Below, one piece after another: positions 62,735 to 64,000 of a DNA stretch of 64,000 bases. The notes under the pieces were generated by a model. That model ran no database searches. It was not told the origin of the DNA and saw nothing but the letters and a program-made list of their open reading frames with translations. Source of the DNA: an uncultured bacterium. Lineage in GTDB: Bacteria > Bacillota > Clostridia > Oscillospirales > Oscillospiraceae. The first letter of the stretch is position 1. Every line of letters begins with the position of its first letter. The DNA is taken from NCBI GenBank assembly GCA_947643715.1, contig CANRXB010000012.1, positions 444-64,443 of the forward strand, given 5' to 3'. The position numbers and the translations under genes were made by a program.

Positions 62735-62872
62735 AAGAAGTATTATACCCCCAACGGCGACCAGGACGATCTAATCTCTATCGGGACCATCGGCCTGATC
62801 AAAGGCGTGTCCACGTTCAAGGCAGATAAAAACGTGCGGCTCGCCACCTATGCCAGCCGGTGCATCGAGAAT
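62735..62872 (+). CDS. sigK: Sigma-K, middle fragment (46 codons, region 2) of a split gene
   Basis: KKYYTPNGDQDDLISIGTIGLIKGVSTFKADKNVRLATYASRCIEN, then TIHSQ instead of the expected EILM. Confidence 0.92.
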
Positions 62873-62967
62873 ACTATCCACTCGCAACGGCTCAAAAGGC
62901 CCTTGATGTGGGCAATCGTACATACTTTGGCGAAAAATGGCGTACGTTCGGCCACACATCGGACCGC

Positions 62968-63486
62968 ATGAAAATAATGGTCCTCCATACTCCCACGGGC
63001 GTTATCTACGCACCTCTTTACATTCACAGTTTCCAGCTTGTCCAACCTCACACGCTGGTGGAGGCGGAAAAGTTCAACATCCAATACACCGATCCCTCTC
63101 AAATCCACAATACGCCGGACAAGCTCCGCTGGTACAGATACAGCCAGGGTTTGCGGCAAAAGGATGTGGCGAAGTACGCTGGGATAGACCGCACCACATA
63201 CTCCAGCTATGAAGAAATTGGGCGGGACTATTATCCCATTGAAACCATGCGGAAAATTGCGGAGCTGTTCTCCGTCCCTGTCACAAGGCTCCTGGATGAT
63301 TTCAACCTGTTTCTCTATCACGGCCAGGGCCAGCAAATCAGGCAGGCCCGAGCACAGAAAAGCATGACACAAAAAGAGTACGCAAAATACCTTGGCGTCC
63401 CGTTTGGAACCTTGCAGCAATGGGAACAGGAGCAGAAAGCAGTATCCAAAAGCGCTTGGAAAAGTCTAAATGGGTTTAAGGAATAA
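62968..63486 (+). CDS. XRE-family regulator with two HTH domains
   Basis: LRQKDVAKYAGIDRTTYSSYE and MTQKEYAKYLGVPFGTLQQWE; ATG 62968 overlaps the stop of the interrupted sigK frame (ATGA). Confidence 0.8.
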   Translation: MKIMVLHTPTGVIYAPLYIHSFQLVQPHTLVEAEKFNIQYTDPSQIHNTPDKLRWYRYSQGLRQKDVAKYAGIDRTTYSSYEEIGRDYYPIETMRKIAELFSVPVTRLLDDFNLFLYHGQGQQIRQARAQKSMTQKEYAKYLGVPFGTLQQWEQEQKAVSKSAWKSLNGFKE

Positions 63487-63507
63487 TTGTGGCCCTTGTT
63501 TCAAAAA

Positions 63508-63546
63508 GGAAGCCGTCAAATCACTCGTGGATTTGGCGGCTTCCCT
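63508..63546. terminator. Terminator between convergent element genes
   Basis: GGAAGCCGTCAAATC/GATTTGGCGGCTTCC stem with an A run on the left. Confidence 0.7.
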
Positions 63547-63573
63547 TGATGTATTTCAAATTAGCCAGATCAC

Positions 63574-63918
63574 TTAGAATCTCAGCGGTGCTTCATTTGA
63601 GCATAAGATATGCCCATCTTTCTGTGATAAAACTTTTTGATTAGCCACCACCCTTACACACATTAGCAAATCATCAATGTTCTTCGGTCTTGCGGAACAC
63701 CTTTTTGCCAACTTTTTAGCAAGTTGACGTTTCACATCGTCTACACCTCTCGGAACTTCCTGCCGACCTGAACTCACAATATAAGCATCCAAAATTTGAA
63801 GATTTTTCAATAGGAAAGAAACCATTTCATTACCTTCGATATTCTTCAAAGTTTCCTCAATTTGTTCATAAGCCCTTTTTATTACAGTTCCTTTTAGTTC
63901 AATTAAATGGCATTTCAT
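63574..63918 (-). CDS. Hypothetical protein (114 aa), AT-rich
   Basis: Only sizeable ORF in the AT-rich end; no family recognised; start uncertain. Confidence 0.45.
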   Translation of the reverse strand: MKCHLIELKGTVIKRAYEQIEETLKNIEGNEMVSFLLKNLQILDAYIVSSGRQEVPRGVDDVKRQLAKKLAKRCSARPKNIDDLLMCVRVVANQKVLSQKDGHILCSNEAPLRF

Positions 63919-64000
63919 GTTGATTTCATCATAGCAAAGAAAATCACACTTTTTTATCCCTTCCCGAACATTTGGTATAATACCACGATCAACAGTGACA

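Larger units (their letters stand above)
53684..62736. mobile_element. skin-like sigK-intervening element 1 (~9.05 kb)
   Basis: Shared TAA/AA core at 53683-53685 and 62734-62736; precise removal restores AHIVKKYY; contains a large serine recombinase. Confidence 0.9.
62870..64000. mobile_element. Second sigK-intervening element, left end only
   Basis: sigK similarity stops right after GAGAAT; downstream DNA becomes AT-richer and carries an XRE regulator; the remaining sigK 3' part is not in the window. Confidence 0.75.

Noticed and set aside
62860-62967. GTG start at 62860 for the XRE gene (ORF track)
   Set aside because: Lies inside sigK coding sequence with no RBS; ATG 62968 with ATGA coupling fits better
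62848-63420. Minus-strand ORF ending FSMHRLA, first considered the tail of a second recombinase reading into sigK
   Set aside because: No recombinase motifs; it is the antisense of the XRE gene plus sigK codons
1-64000. CRISPR arrays, tRNA/rRNA genes, IS transposases, phage structural genes
   Set aside because: No regularly spaced repeats, tRNA/rRNA signatures, or transposase/phage motifs were seen by eye; tool-based scans were not run

Overview
GC-rich chromosomal window from a spore-forming Clostridia bacterium, most likely Oscillospiraceae (inferred from GC-rich coding style, GGAGG RBSs, sigA/sigE/sigG/sigK-type promoters, a T-box and gene content; no marker gene confirms the taxon). The first ~35 kb are mostly ordinary: decarboxylase beta subunit, GH2, a BMP-type nucleoside ABC transporter with deoC, a T-box-controlled alaS operon, a Fe-ADH with a Rex-like operator, MATE, a BceAB-like ABC, a 6S-like RNA candidate, GH13 and feoAB. 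Two regions stand out. (1) 35.9-49.7 kb: a ROK-associated catabolic operon (class II aldolase, PPi-type PFK, TPI-like, LarA-like, SsuABC/TauABC-type ABC, DUF4838, NagB-like, NagA-like) beside a TauE/SafE exporter. It has no 6-kinase or PTS, and several enzymes keep their catalytic residues but have altered phosphate-binding motifs. This suggests an undescribed glycolysis-like route for an N-acetyl amino sugar already carrying a non-phosphate anion at C6 (inference). (2) 53.5-64 kb: the sporulation gene sigK is interrupted twice. A ~9.05 kb phage-gene-free skin-like element (large serine recombinase, a 60-aa partner and a six-gene metabolic operon) splits it at AHIV|KKY. A second, AT-richer element starts at CIEN| and runs off the window. 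All family calls come from motif recognition by eye; no database searches were run.
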